Assembly (NCBI GenBank): GCA_951406725.2
Contig: OX597820.1
Coordinates: 115,940,001-116,004,000 of the forward strand
Length of the DNA stretch: 64,000 nt
Source: Octopus vulgaris
Lineage: Eukaryota
Direction: 5' to 3'
The notes beneath the pieces are model-generated. The model was not told the origin of the DNA, made no database searches, and worked only from the letters and a program-made list of their open reading frames with translations. Numbering within the stretch: position 1 is the first letter of the stretch; each line of letters begins with the position of its first letter. Below are positions 14,062 through 27,115 of the stretch, in pieces. Both the position numbers and the translations under genes were made by a program.

Positions 14062-15461
14062 TAATAGACCTGAAAGTTTAATGCTATGCATCATCCAACT
14101 CTGCGTTTTCGTACCATTTCTGCTGATTAGAATGTGTGTATGGAAACAGAAAACCAAAATTCAGATCATGTGTGTATTAATGCTTGTTTTTATGTAGAAG
14201 GATATATGAAGAGTCAAACATTAATTGAAGTACCTCTTAATACATTTTTAAGTGTATTGCGAGGGGAATGTCACATTTATGCAAGGAAAAGGTTGACAGT
14301 AACTTCAAAGTTTTCCTGGTTGTTGGCTTTGTCAGACTAAAAAGTTTGATGGTTTATTTTTTTCCAATTTTCATATACTTCTGGTTCATGTTGCTGTTGC
14401 AATATGGTATCTGGTTTAAATGGTGTGTCTTTGACGCTAGAAAAAAAGAAATTTTGTGGATTGTTTGAAAGAGTTAGCAGCATCAAAGAGATGATATGAA
14501 ATCATCGTTATCATTATCATCATTTAATGTTTGTTTTCCATGCTGGCATGGGTTGGAATGGTTGACAGGAGCTGGCAAGCCAGAGGTTTGCACCAAGCTC
14601 CAGTTGTCTATTTTGGCTTGGATTCTGTGGTCGGATGCCTTTCCTAACACCAACCACTTCACAGAGTGTACTGGCTGCTTTATGTGTGGCACCAGCAGAG
14701 AGACCGTTGTGATGCGAGAGAGAGAGGTGGGGAGAGAGGTGAATAAGGAGAGGAAGGAGCTTGCAGGAGGGTAGAGTGATGCAAGATAGAGAAAACACAT
14801 ATGAATATGCTGAAGCAAAGTTTTTCAGTAGATGTTTCTAGGAAGGAGATGGGAAGAAAGATGTCGATTAGGAAGGTGTGGAGAGGGGGAAGGTGGAGAC
14901 GAAGTTTGTAGGATTTTGGAGAGAAGGATGGAGAAGGCTGGAAAAAACTAGAACAAGTTCTAGTTTGCTTTGTTAGGTAGTTCTAAATGAGGTTGTATTT
15001 GGTGTAAGAAGTTAAGGATTTGTATTAATTAATTATTTGGAATCATTGAAGCATGTATGTAATGACAGGTGAAAGGGAAGTTAGATTTGTATGCAAGCAC
15101 AGAATGAAAACTGGTTACCCTCTATGATTTGTGTTGAAAGGTCACCTCTAAACATTACCTTAAACTGAGAAGAGATTTATTTCTAAATTCAGGTCATTGG
15201 AAATAAAAAATGTTATTAGTATTAATGCCTTTTCATATCGTCAGTAGGGAATGTAATTATATTTGCGAGTATAACTACAATATTTATATACAGACATAGG
15301 TGAAGGAGTGGCTGGGTGTTAAGTAGCTTGCTTACCAACCACGTGGTTCTGGGTTCAGTCTCACTGCGTGGCACCCTGCGCAAGTGTCTTCTGCTATAGC
15401 CTCGGGCCGACCAAAGCCGTGTGAGTGGATTTGATAGACAGAAACTGAGAGAAGCCCATCG

Positions 15462-15495
<34 letters not shown>

Positions 15496-15496
15496 T

Positions 15497-15531
<35 letters not shown>

Positions 15532-16086
15532 TATGTATATATGTATATGTTTGTGTGTCTGTGTTTGTTGCCCCCCCATCATAGTTTGACAACCAATGTT
15601 GGTGTGTTTACATCCCCGTAACTTAGCAGTTTGGCTAAAGAGATTGATAGAATAAGTACTAGGCTTACAAAAAATAAGTCCTGGGGTCGATTTGTTTGAT
15701 TAAAGGCGGTGCTCCAGCATGGCCACAGTCAAATGACTGAAACAAATAAAAGAATACATGGTGATCTTGGTAGTGACAGTGTGTATGTGTGTGTACGTAT
15801 ATATATATATATATATATATCTATCTGTGTGTGTGTGTGTTTCTTTATCGCCCACAGGGAGCTAAACATAAAGGGAACAAACAAGCGACAGACAAAGGGA
15901 TTAAGTCGATTACATTGCCCCCAGTGTGTAACCAGTACTTATTTAATTGACCCCCAAAAGGATGGAAAGCAAAGTCGACCTCGGCAGAATTTGAACTCCG
16001 AACATAACAGCTGCCAAAATCCTGCTAAGCATTTTGCCTGGTGTTCTAATGACTCTGCCAGCTCGCCGCCCTTACATGTGTATGTA

Positions 16087-16150
<64 letters not shown>

Positions 16151-16448
16151 CATCATCATCGTTTAACGTCCACTTTCCATGCTAGCATGGGTTGGACGGT
16201 TCAACCGGGGTCTGGGAATCCAGGAGGCTGCACCAGGCTCCAGTCTGATCTGGCAGTGTTTCTACAGCTGGATGCCCTTCCTAACGCCAACCACTCCGTG
16301 AGTGTAGTGTGTGCTTTTTACGTGCCAGGGGAGTCTGGCATCGGCCACGATCGGTTGGTGCTTTTTACGTGCCACCGGCACAGAAGCCAGTCAAGGCGGT
16401 GCTGGCATTGGCCACATTCGGATGGTGCTTTTTACGTGCCACCAGCAC

Positions 16449-16500
<52 letters not shown>

Positions 16501-16903
16501 ATACACACGCAGATGCAAAGTATGAGGGTTTAGTTCACAGGTGATCTAAACAATTAAGTATGTTAGGTCAGTGCTGTAATGGATTACTGGGGCTCCTAGG
16601 CTATAGCTGAGATGGTAGTTATGGACCCATTGCAGATTTCTGATGCAGTGGATACATAATTGTTAAAGAGGACATCAAATATTAAGGCAAGGCGAACATC
16701 TCAATTCATACACAATATTATTACAGGAAGAAATTCTCTGTGTAACGATATTGTATATGACTGGAGATGTTTGCCCTGCCTTAATGTCTGTTGTCCTCTT
16801 TAGCAATTATCTATCTATCTATGTATATATCTATCTATCTATCTATTTATATAAATATTTATAAAATTTTGAATAGAAAGCAGTTTTAATAATGTAAACA
16901 TCA

Positions 16904-17092
16904 GTTGCACACACATAAATCATGTGTGTCATTTCTATGCCAGTTTGCTGCAGAATAGCATCCCAGGATAACCCTGTACATAGGATATTCAGTGTCCTTT
17001 AATATGCAGCAGCCTGTAGGGAGCTTTCCCCAGATGCTATTCTGCAGAGAATTGGCATAGAAACAAAACACATACACTATAAATGTGCAACC
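16904..17092. mobile_element. Fold-back / MITE-like inverted repeat
   Basis: gttgcac...tttctatgccagtttgctgcagaatagcatc versus gatgctattctgcagagaattggcatagaaa...gtgcaac. Confidence 0.6.
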
Positions 17093-19303
17093 AATATTAT
17101 CATCATCATCATCATCATCGTTTAACGTCCGTATCCCATGCTGGCATGGGTTAGGCGGTTTGACTGGGAGCAGGCAAGCCAGGAGGCCGCACCAGGCTCC
17201 AATTTGATCTGGTAAGGTTTCTACAGCGAGATGCCCTTTCTAATGCCAACCACTCCAAGAGTGTAGTGAGTGCATTTTACAAGCTACTGGCAGGGGAGCC
17301 ATTCAGGGCGAGAGGGCTGGCATCAAACATGTTCGGATGGTGCTTTTTACATGCTACCTGTACGTGGAGCCAGTCAGGTGGCACTGGCAACGACCCATGC
17401 ATGAATGGTGCTTATTGTGTGCCACCAGCATGGGAGCCAGTCAGGTGGCACTGGCATCGGCCACAACTACAATTTCCGTTTGATTTTGAATATATATAAC
17501 AAATATACAAACTTATCCACGTATAACATCATCTTACATCTGCTTTTCATGTTGTCATGGGTTGGACAGATGAACAGTATCTGAAGGGTTGATGGACCAC
17601 ATTGTTGCACCTAAATCAGTTTTGATATGGTTTTTACACCTGAATGCTCTTCCTAATTCCAGCCCTTTCACAGAGTAGTTGTTAGTGGGGGGGGGGGAGT
17701 GTTCAAGAAGATGAATGAAATAAAAGTGATTAGAGAAAGAGGCTGAAGTGTAAGGGATGTGGCTGTGTGGTCAAGAAGCTTGCTGCCCAACGTGCTATGA
17801 GGTCCCACTGTGTGGCACCTTGGACATATGTCTCTTACTATAGTCCTGGGCTGACCAAAGATTTGTAAGTGGTTTTTCGTTGATAGAAATTGAAAGAAAC
17901 CTGTTGTATGTATGTATATATCAGCATCATCATCATCGTCGTTTAACGTCCGTTTTCCATGCTGGCATGGGTTGGACGGTTCGACCGGGGTCTGGGAAGC
18001 CAGGAGGCTGCACCAGGCTCCAATCTGATCTGGCATAGTTTCTACAGCTGGATGCCCTTCCTAACGCCAACCACTCTGAGAGTGTAGTGGGTGCTTGTAA
18101 CCGGCACAGGAGCCAGTCAGTTTGTGTGTATACCCCATCCCCCTATATATAAAGATAAATTTCCAAATTTTCGTTGGTATGGATATAGAATCCAAAAGGG
18201 TACCATAGTCGCATTTACCAGTTATTAATGCTGGCTAACCTCAGTGAGTGCATTAAAAACTCTAGTTAGTTTGATCTACTAACCTCAGACTTCACATTAG
18301 TAAAGCCGTGTGCCTCTATAGAGGCTGCACGTGAGCCATTCTAGGCTGTAGTCTGTTTTGGTTTCTATGATTGGATGACCTTCCTAATGCTAACTACATT
18401 ACAAAGTGTACTGGGTGTCTTACATATCATATATATATTTCTTTATTGCCCACAAGGGGCTAAACATAGGGGTCGATGTAATCGACTTAATCTGTTTGTC
18501 TGTCCTTGTTTGTCCCCTCTGTGTTTAGCTCTTTCATTCTGCAGATGAAAAACAAGACCAGCCAAAGGATGGCTGAACTCTGTGGGGTCAACAACCATCG
18601 TGTAGCTGGGAGCGAGAGCCACCATGTCTTTATTTAGACCCCTCACTAGGAGAAGGAAATTCTGAAATATCAGCTGCTTCATTTCGACCCTGGAGATCTT
18701 GCTTTTGTTTCTGGACTGTTTAGCTTTTGTGTTGTTGAGCAAGATGTCATTAACTTGAAAGTTTAGCATAGGCATTGTTCACATCCATTGTCTTTAACGT
18801 CTTGGAATCATTTATCAATGATAGTTACACTGATCTACAAGTTGACAATTGCCATATATATCATCATCATCATCATCATCGTTTAACGTTCGTTTTCCGT
18901 GCTAGCATGGGTTGGACGGTTCAACCAGGGTCTGGGAAGCCAGGAGGCTGCACCAGGCTCCAGTCTGATCTGGCAGTGTTTCTACAGCTGGATGCTCTTC
19001 CTAACGCCAACCACTTCGTGAGTGTAGTGGGTGTTTTTTTACGTGCCACCGGCACAGGGGCCAGAGAAGGCTGGCAAACAGCCACGATCAGTTGGTCCTT
19101 TTTATGTGCCACCAGCATGGACGCCAGTCGAGGCGGCGCTGTCATCAGCCACATTCGGATGGTGTTTTTTACTTGCCACCGGTATGGGTATCACAACTAC
19201 AATTTCCATTTGATTTTTATTTTGATGTTGACGTACTTGTTTCAATAGGTCTCTTCAAGCACAGCAGGCCACCCTACGATCCATATATATATATATATAT
19301 ATA

Positions 19304-19855
19304 TAATAGAAATATCAAAATTACTAAGTCTCTATAAAAGAGATTACGGCAGCGTTTACTGGAAATTCATTGTTATCGCCATATTAATATGGCATTCTTA
19401 TAGATATAAGAATAATCGCTGCCACTGGTCAGCTCCATGAGGCCATCGCCATCAAGATAGCTATTGATACACGATCTGTATTCATTATAACCTTCGAACA
19501 AGGGAGGTCAGCCGCTTCACACTGCCAGTCCGATAGCTACAAACGCGTTTCGGGGTATTGCCCCTTGTCAATGTAGCGCAGTCAGACCCGCAGGTGTCGC
19601 CACTGACGTCTCTGTTTGACGGTTTCTATTTACCTAGTTTCAGTGGAATACATCCACTTGTTTTCAATAATAGAAATATTAAAATTACTAAGTCTGGCAG
19701 TGTGAAGCAGCTGACCTCCCTTGTTCGAAGGTTATAATGGATACAGATCGTGTATCAATAGCTATCTTGATGGCGATGGCCTCATGGAGCTGACCAGCAG
19801 CAGCGATTATTCTTATATCTATAAGAATGCCATATTAATATGGCGATAACAATGA

Positions 19856-19859
<4 letters not shown>
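19304..19859 (-). mobile_element. Penelope-like fold-back element with a degenerate hammerhead motif
   Basis: ~166-bp inverted arms (19363-19528 / 19694-19859), a 27-bp direct repeat, (TA)n flanks, and an HHR-like motif at 19536-19577(-). Confidence 0.75.
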
Positions 19860-19897
<38 letters not shown>

Positions 19898-20122
19898 AGA
19901 TAGGGGTTGTAAATTCAACCCTAGCTGTCAGTTATAATGTAAATGTATTTTTATATCTTGTTATATTTATTTAGTTATATCTCACCATATTGATTGTAAT
20001 TATTGTACTGTATTAATGTCTAATCTCATTGCTATTGTGTAGTGTTTTAATAAAGTATATGATTCGGTATTATCTGATAGTTGATGATTGATTTAGATAT
20101 ATTTCTCCATTTTCTCATTTTG

Positions 20123-20159
<37 letters not shown>

Positions 20160-21659
20160 GAAGTTGTGTGTACACACACACATACAATTAATGCATGCAA
20201 TGAGATGAATGGTAAGTTGGATGAATGGATGAGAGAAGCTGTTGTTTTTGATTTATCATTCATTTATTGGTTTGTCACTCATGTGGCATGACCATCCAAT
20301 GAAGAACAAGTCAAAGACAGAAAGTTCCTTTTCTGCAGTGGTTTTCTTGGACAGGTTCTGTAGCTATGTGTGTTCACAGTGAAAGGAAACTATTTCTGTG
20401 GAAGTGGTAAATGTATAAATGCTGAAGTTATGTGTGAATAGCAAGAGAATGAAAAGCAAAGGGAGTGATGATGATGTGAGAAAAAGGAGGATGAGTGGGT
20501 GAAAGGAACATGGCAGTGAAGATAGAAACAGAGTGATTGAGGTGAGTGGTGATAGTGGAGTGATAGCAATAGTAATAGGGTGGTCAATGGTAAGAGAAGG
20601 TATGAGATGTGAATAATGAATGGTCCAAGGAGAGAGAGAGTCTATCATTGCTCTTTTTGGTGTTACAAAAACGGTGATGGTAGAATCTATTGGCTGCAAA
20701 CAAGATTGTATCTGCAATCATTTATACATTGGCATCATGATGAGTAACATGAGTGATAAGGATGATGGATGGTAATTGAATATGGGTAGATTTAATATTT
20801 ATTTCTTTACTACCCACACGGGGCTACACATAGAGGGGACAAACAAGGACAGACATAGGTATTAAGTCGATTACATCGACCCCGAAAGGATGAAAGGCAA
20901 AGTCGACCTCGGTGGAATTTGAACTCAGAACGTAACGGCAGACGAAATATGACCACGCATTTCGCCCGGCGTGCTAACGATTCTGCCAGCTCGCAGATTT
21001 AATATTGTCTCTGGTTACACAGGTAATATGTTACAGTGAGTAGAGGAGAGGGTGAGAAAGATGAAAAGCTGCAGACACATTGAATACCACCCCAAATGAC
21101 ACACAGACACTGCGGTGGGAGCTATGCACTGCCATCTTAAGTTACACACATACACAGACACTCATGCATATATACACATATCCACACCAGTGGATATATT
21201 TGTAATTTATGGTGGGAAATTATGAAAAGATAGGTTGAAAATACTCACGAAGGTTTGTCTTTCCTACAGGTGACTGCTCAGCCATGCTGTATAACCTGTT
21301 TTGTTATGCAAAGTATTGTGATATCAGCCTATTGAGAAAATATATATCAAAGTTGTGCAACCTGAGTTCCCAGCTATTGTCCCTTGTAACTGAAATACTA
21401 ACACATTTAATGTTAGTCTTTCAAATCATTGACCTAAATGAAACCAATACAATATTCGTGGATGTCAATGATACATTGAACCAGATTTTTGTCACTTTTA
21501 CGTCTACCATCTTTTTTTCTCATGCAAGCCGAAGTTGAATGACATTTATTGAGATAAAATTCTGAAGCTAGATGTCCTTCCCTGTGCCAAAATGTTTTTA
21601 AAACACCAACGAGGAAGCCTTTACGTGGTCATTCAGACTGTTATCAAAAGCAGCCAAGC

Positions 21660-21961
21660 GTCATCCAACCAAAATGCAAATATATGGGAAACTACCACCT
21701 GTGTCATCTCTTGTGAAAGGTAGGAGAGTCCAGTTTGCTGGACATTGTTGTAGAGCTGAAAAAGAGGCAATTTCTACTCTTCTGCTCTGGAAGCCATTAA
21801 CTCGCGATACCAGAGGGCGCACACTCTCCTACCCTGATGTAATCTCCAGGGATACAGGCATCCAGCAACAGGACCTCCGTAATACCATGATGGACCGTGA
21901 AGTCTGGCATAGCATGGTAAATTCCATTGTCTCGACCACGGTCGAACAATGATGATGATGA
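21660..21961 (+). mobile_element. 3' end of a second RTE/RTE-X-type LINE family
   Basis: ORF ...RRVQFAGHCCRA...LLLWKP...RGRTLSYPDVISRDTG...MMDREVW* followed directly by (TGA)n; second copy at ~29723-29995. Confidence 0.8.
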
Positions 21962-22424
21962 TATTTAATAAAATAGCACACATTAAATAGTGTAGTAACT
22001 GATTACTAAGGAAAGAAGATGGGATGGCCATGGTTAGAATGCCTTTAATCATAGATTTGCTTAATTATTTCTAACCTTGGGGATAAACATACATACACAG
22101 TCTATTCTCAAAGTAAAGAAGCATGTAACCCTAAACTTGATGGATTTCTGACACACACACATATACATGCATGCACACAGATTCATATATACATACAAAC
22201 ACATTTATATATGCATATACATTCATACATGCTCATATACACATTTATTATAGTTATGATGAAATATAATGCACGTGGGGCTGGCAACTGAAGAATTCTG
22301 ATTTCAACTAGAAAGGGAATAACAGAAAATTGGTACAGATAAAAAAACAAACAAACATCTCTTTGCAAAAGGGAACAATGTTGGAACTTGTATAGTTTAT
22401 TGTTAAGACATACTGTGTGTGTGT

Positions 22425-22494
<70 letters not shown>

Positions 22495-22694
22495 ACAGCT
22501 ATATGTGTTTATGTGGAGATACATGGCTTAGTGGTTAGGGTGCATATACATTCACAACTGGACAGGTCATCAGTTGACACAGCAGCACCAAAACATCTCA
22601 TATCTACAAGATATGTAGCAGCCTGTCAGTGCTGGTGCCACGTAAAAAGCACCCAGTACACTCTGTATAGTGGTTGGCATCAGGAAGGGTATCC

Positions 22695-23000
22695 AGTTTT
22701 GTTTTCCTTCTCGAGCCATGCCTGGCTCATAAGGGCCTGTTTCCGGTTTCCTTGGCGTATAGGTTCCCCACCTGGACGGGACGCCGGTCCGTCGCAGGTG
22801 AGCTGCAAGATGCAGAAGGAAAGAGTGAGAGAAAGTTGTGGTGAAAGAGTCAGCAGAAGTTCGCCATTACCTTTTGCCAGAGCCACGTGGAGCTTAGGTG
22901 TTTTGCTCATAAACACACATATCGCCCGGTCTGAGATTCGAACCCGTGATCCCTCAACCATGAGTCCGCTGCTCTAACCACTAGGCCATGTGCTTCCACC
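22695..23000 (-). mobile_element. tRNA-derived SINE inserted into an RTE 3' UTR
   Basis: Reverse complement starts gcacatggcctagtggttagagcagcgg...gggttcgaatctc; flanked by a near-duplicate aaggg(t/c)atcca; related copy at ~55540-55835(-). Confidence 0.75.
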
Positions 23001-23497
23001 AAGGGCATCCAACTACAGAAACCATGCCAAAACAGACAATTGGGACCTGGTGCAGTTCTCCTGCTTACCAGCTTGAGCTAAACTGTCCAACCCATACCAG
23101 TAGGAAAAACAGACATTAAATGATGGTGATGGTGGTAGTGGTGGTGGTGATGACATACTTGTTTTATTTATGTTATTGCTCCATTTCAGATACACACTGC
23201 ATACCAAAGTATTGTATACAAGGCTATAAAAGATGGCTATGCCTTTTATTTTTCTAATTATTATATTTGTAAACAGGTTTTAGTTCACCAATTCTGTAAA
23301 AGTACTCAGCTGTATTCCCTAATTTCTCTTTAACCCTTTTCTTACCAGATTTCTGTTGAAATACACTGTTTTTTGTTTCAGTTAATTTTTATGGAACGTT
23401 TTAATTAATTCCATAAAAATTCCAAGTCAATTTCTGTCCCAAAAAACCAGCTTAATATATGACAAAAGTATTTTACTAAATCTTGATTATTTTTGAC

Positions 23498-24224
23498 ATC
23501 TCAAAAATGTCAAGCACCAAAGACAGTGGGTAGGGAAAGGAGAAACACCGGCGCTTCAGGCTAAAAAAGGCCTTCACCCACGTAAGGTGTTGTTATCTGT
23601 TTGGTGGGATATGAAAGGTTTAATCCACTTTGAACTTTTAAACCCAAACCAATTGATAAATTCTTCTAGTCGGCGCTAGAAGAAAAACGACCATCTTTGG
23701 TTTAACCCTTTAGCATTTAAACCGGCCATAACCGACCAAAAATATTCTGTTTTTTGCCTGTTTTATGTTCAAACTGGCCAGATCTAGTCTCTACAATATC
23801 GTTTTAAAAATTAACAGCTACCTCATCAAAATCTCATAGCTACAAGATAATGCATGATTAGTTCAAAACAATGTGGATGAAGAAGCATTCATTTTGGCAG
23901 AATAATGCGAACACTAAAGGGTTAAAGACGAAAGGTGTTCTTCCATCAGGATAATGCTTGGCCACATTCCAAAGGCTGGAGCAGTTTGAATGGGAAACCA
24001 TGCCCCACCCACCATATTCACCAGACATTGCCCCATCTGATTATCATTTATTCCACAGTTTTCAAAATAATTAGAACGGAAAAAAATACGAATTCTGTAG
24101 AACAGTACTGGGGGAGTATTTTTTGTGACTGACAAGTGAATTTTGGAAGAGGAGCCCTGTAAGTCTACCAGATAGATGGAAGAGTATTGTAGAAAAAACT
24201 GCATTATTTATGGGATGACCAATA
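23498..24224 (+). mobile_element. Partial copy of the same mariner (3' half), interrupted by a TTAA MITE
   Basis: KKGLHPRKVLLSVWWDMKG and HPPYSPDIAPSDYHLF motifs; ends with TIR tgcattatttatgggatgacccaata. Confidence 0.88.
23702..23925. mobile_element. piggyBac-type MITE (TTAA target duplication, CCCTTTAG...CTAAAGGG ends)
   Basis: ttaa-ccctttagc...actaaaggg-ttaa; the mariner sequence resumes after it; same family in opposite orientation at 43282-43524; fragment at ~6150-6260. Confidence 0.85.
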
Positions 24225-24479
24225 CACCCACACACGTATCTTCTCTTTCCCACATGCCCATCCCTCCCTCACGAGCTTTCTCTTTTGCTCGCTTCGTCTC
24301 CATCTATCTATGACCCCTGCCTCCATCATGAGTGCTTTTCCTTAACAACCCTTATCCACTTGTGGCCTTCCTATAGATCTTCAAATACTCGTTTCCACGT
24401 TTATTTCTGTTCTGCTGAACGTTTTCCTATGTCTCTTTTCTCCTGTTGATAGACTTCATAACTCCCCAACGCTGCTATG

Positions 24480-24816
24480 GGTACTACTAGCGAACAGTGG
24501 TCCCGGTGTGCACACTCGCGCATCCGCGCTAGCTAGTCGTAAGTAGTCGATCCTACAACGACTTTTTAACCCTAACTCTAAACCTAACCCTAATTTTTTA
24601 ACCCTAATCCTAACCCTAACCTTAGTTTGTTTATAAAAATACTTTATTTACTTAGTTTAAAAAATTATTTACTTTGTTTGAAAAATATTATTTAATTTTC
24701 TTTGATGTGTATTCAGCCTTGAAATACAAACATACGCGCAAGTCGTTGTAGGATCGACTACCTACGACTAGCTTGCGCGGATGCGCGCACCGGGACCACT
24801 GTTCGCTAGTAGTACC
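24480..24816. mobile_element. Non-autonomous DNA transposon with ~75-bp TIRs, 8-bp TSD and internal (TAACCC)n
   Basis: ggtactactagcgaacagtggtcccggtg...caccgggaccactgttcgctagtagtacc; flanks ctgctatg / ctgccatg; taaccctaa repeats at ~24567-24623. Confidence 0.85.
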
Positions 24817-25114
24817 CTGCCATGTATTCCCACACGTTGATTTATACTTCTTACACACCTCACACACACACATCTCCATTTTTAGACACAATAACAACCA
24901 ATCCCCACATAAACGTAGTCTGGCACTTGTTCATCGACAAGCAGCTCTATCAATTATTCAACAACCCATCCACAGATCTTTATACATACATTAACACGCA
25001 TCGGTATACATTTATGCCTTCGTGCGGGCATACCTGTATTCAGAAGTATAAAACTAGATTTGAATTGCAGTATTTTATTTATCAACACAATTCTTTTTTT
25101 TCAAAAGGTCAGAA

Positions 25115-25145
25115 ATGAAGGACATTATCGTTTATTACCTTATTG
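25115..25145 (+). CDS. Candidate first coding exon of the neuritin/RGM-N-like gene (MKDIIVYYLI + G, phase 1)
   Basis: Polypyrimidine acceptor ttcttttttttcaaaag (ends 25107), ATG at 25115, G|gttgat donor. Joining to 36677 in phase 1 gives a typical 19-aa signal peptide MKDIIVYYLIVCYIPLVSC. The donor is weak. Confidence 0.55.
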
Positions 25146-26562
25146 GTTGATCGATTTTAATAAAAAAAAAAAAAAAAAGTAACAAAAAGACTTAAAATGA
25201 ACAGCAAAAATAATTTCTACCTCGTTTTATAATTTTGGATGTTAGCAGTGTTGACGCAGTGTGACTGTTGCCAGTGGCTGTTGGCAAATATTCAATGAAA
25301 ATTCAATGCTAACTCTCACAAGTGGGGGTGGGGAATTTTCCAGTTAACTGGAGAATTAAGCTATATTTTGTCGTTTATCTTGCTAGTTTAAAAATAGACA
25401 GCCACACCCAATTATATAAGCTTTTTCGCTGCCCAGCTCTACAAGTAAATTTTGCTTTTGTATTGCACCAGAAAGCAAAGGACAAATATGCAGCAGTTTT
25501 AATGAAGACACAGACATTCAATATAAAAAAAAAGGAAGAGAGAGAAAAAATCAAATTGAGATGAAAGTCAATGGGATTGAAGCGTTGTGAATGGGGGGGG
25601 GGGTATATTGTTGTCTTTTAGTGAGAGACATCAGGGGGGTGACAGTAAGTTTTGGTGAGGTGGTGGGGCATTACAGATTGCTGATATTAATGTAAGTGAT
25701 GACTAATTTGAATTTGTACAGGCTGGTGTTTCTTGACAGGTAGGGATTCCAGAGCGTTACAGGTGTAAGAAGGACAGATTGGGAAAATGTCTAGTGCAGA
25801 GTGGGATGAGGCATGATGAAACCTGGATGATGAGAGGATAAGAGGAAGGTATATTGGGTGGGCTTGGGTGGAGATAACCAGCTTGTTAGGTCAGAGAATC
25901 AGAAGCTGCTACAGCAGAGGTGGGAGATAGTAAGGGTGGAAGATGGCAGGGCTCTTCTGTATGTCAGGGATAAAAATGAAACTTTACCAATCAAATAACC
26001 TTATAGATGCAGACTCGTTAGTGTATGTAGCAGAACATCATTCCATGTATGTAAGCCACGCCCAGTGTGTCATTTGCCTAGTTATGGGGTGGGAGCCCAT
26101 GGAGAGTGACCCACCATGGACAGTATTTTTTGTGGGGTGACACTTTATACATATATTGAATTTTAAATAGGATAGAAACAGCAATGGCATGGGGCACTTC
26201 AGGTGGCACAAATGCTGGTGACATCATTGATGTGTATTATATTTTGAGGTTTGTAGAGGTTCTATAAATGACTGGGTCTGAAATAATTTCTTGGCTTTAG
26301 TCTGAGATGCAACTTAGGCAATGTCACTTAATACTTCAAGGGGAGACACCAAAAATCCTGGTCAATTTTTAATGTCACTGTTGCAGGTTGTTGATAAACT
26401 GGTCCTCTTTGATGGACCTATTTATAACCAGGTGAACTGGGCAGTTGAAAGAGCTAGGAGACTCTATGATGAACGACCCAACATTAATTACAAGATACAA
26501 ACTAGCAGGTGTCCACTACCAAACTGATTTGGCCCTCAACTGATATTATCATGTGTGTGCAT

Positions 26563-26626
26563 TCAGTTTCTCAAATCACTCATCAGTTTCTCAAATCACT
26601 CATCAGTTTCTCAAATCACTCATCAG
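26563..26626. repeat. 20-bp tandem repeat x3
   Basis: (tcagtttctcaaatcactca)3. Confidence 0.9.
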
Positions 26627-26839
26627 TGCTGATCTTTAGCTCCAAAATTTCAAGATGGGTGCAAACATGGTTGCATCATTAAGAAGCTCACTTCACAACT
26701 GTATGGCTCCAGGTTTGATCTTACCATGTGTCACCTTCAAGTGTCCCCCTAGCAGAGCCTCATGTTAACTAACACCTTAATAGTGGAATTTGGTTGATAG
26801 AAACTGTATGGAAGCCATCATGTGTATAACTAGTCTTCT

Positions 26840-27115
26840 TGTCTTGTCTTGTCTTGAGACAGCATTCACCCGGGGTGGGTTGAGCTGGCTTAATTCATCC
26901 TCAATGCTGCATCTCTTACAAACGCCGACCAGACCTGGCGATTTGAGGCTAACGACCGCGTGATCTCCAACCACTCCTTATTCCAGCGGCGAACGCCGTA
27001 GATATAGGGACCTAGGTTGGGTTCCATATCAACCTTGACTGTCATCAGCCAGGTTTTTCGTCATCCACCACATTGCTTTCACCAACCCTTGACGAAAGTT
27101 GGTGTATAATTAGTA
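26840..27115 (-). mobile_element. 3' end of a third RTE LINE family with a (CAAGA)n tail
   Basis: Minus strand reads GG*RKTWLMTVKVDMEPNLGPYIYGVRRWNKEWLEITRSLASNRQVWSAFVRDAALRMN*, then a short UTR and (CAAGA)n. Confidence 0.75.

Noticed and set aside
14349-14406. Alternative signal-peptide exon MVYFFPIFIYFWFMLLLQY-G|gtatct
   Set aside because: Phase-compatible, but the donor is poor, there is no basic n-region and the leader would be over-long; 25115-25145 fits better, though this one is not fully excluded
24567-24623. Chromosome-fusion or true telomere relic
   Set aside because: The TAACCC repeats are short and internal to a TIR element with a TSD
25690-26560. Possible Penelope RT remnant (LVLFDGPIYNQVNWAV); similar purine-rich tracts at 14820-15180, 20360-20780, 31080-31320, 49200-49530
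   Set aside because: Too decayed to call by eye; probably old retroelement debris
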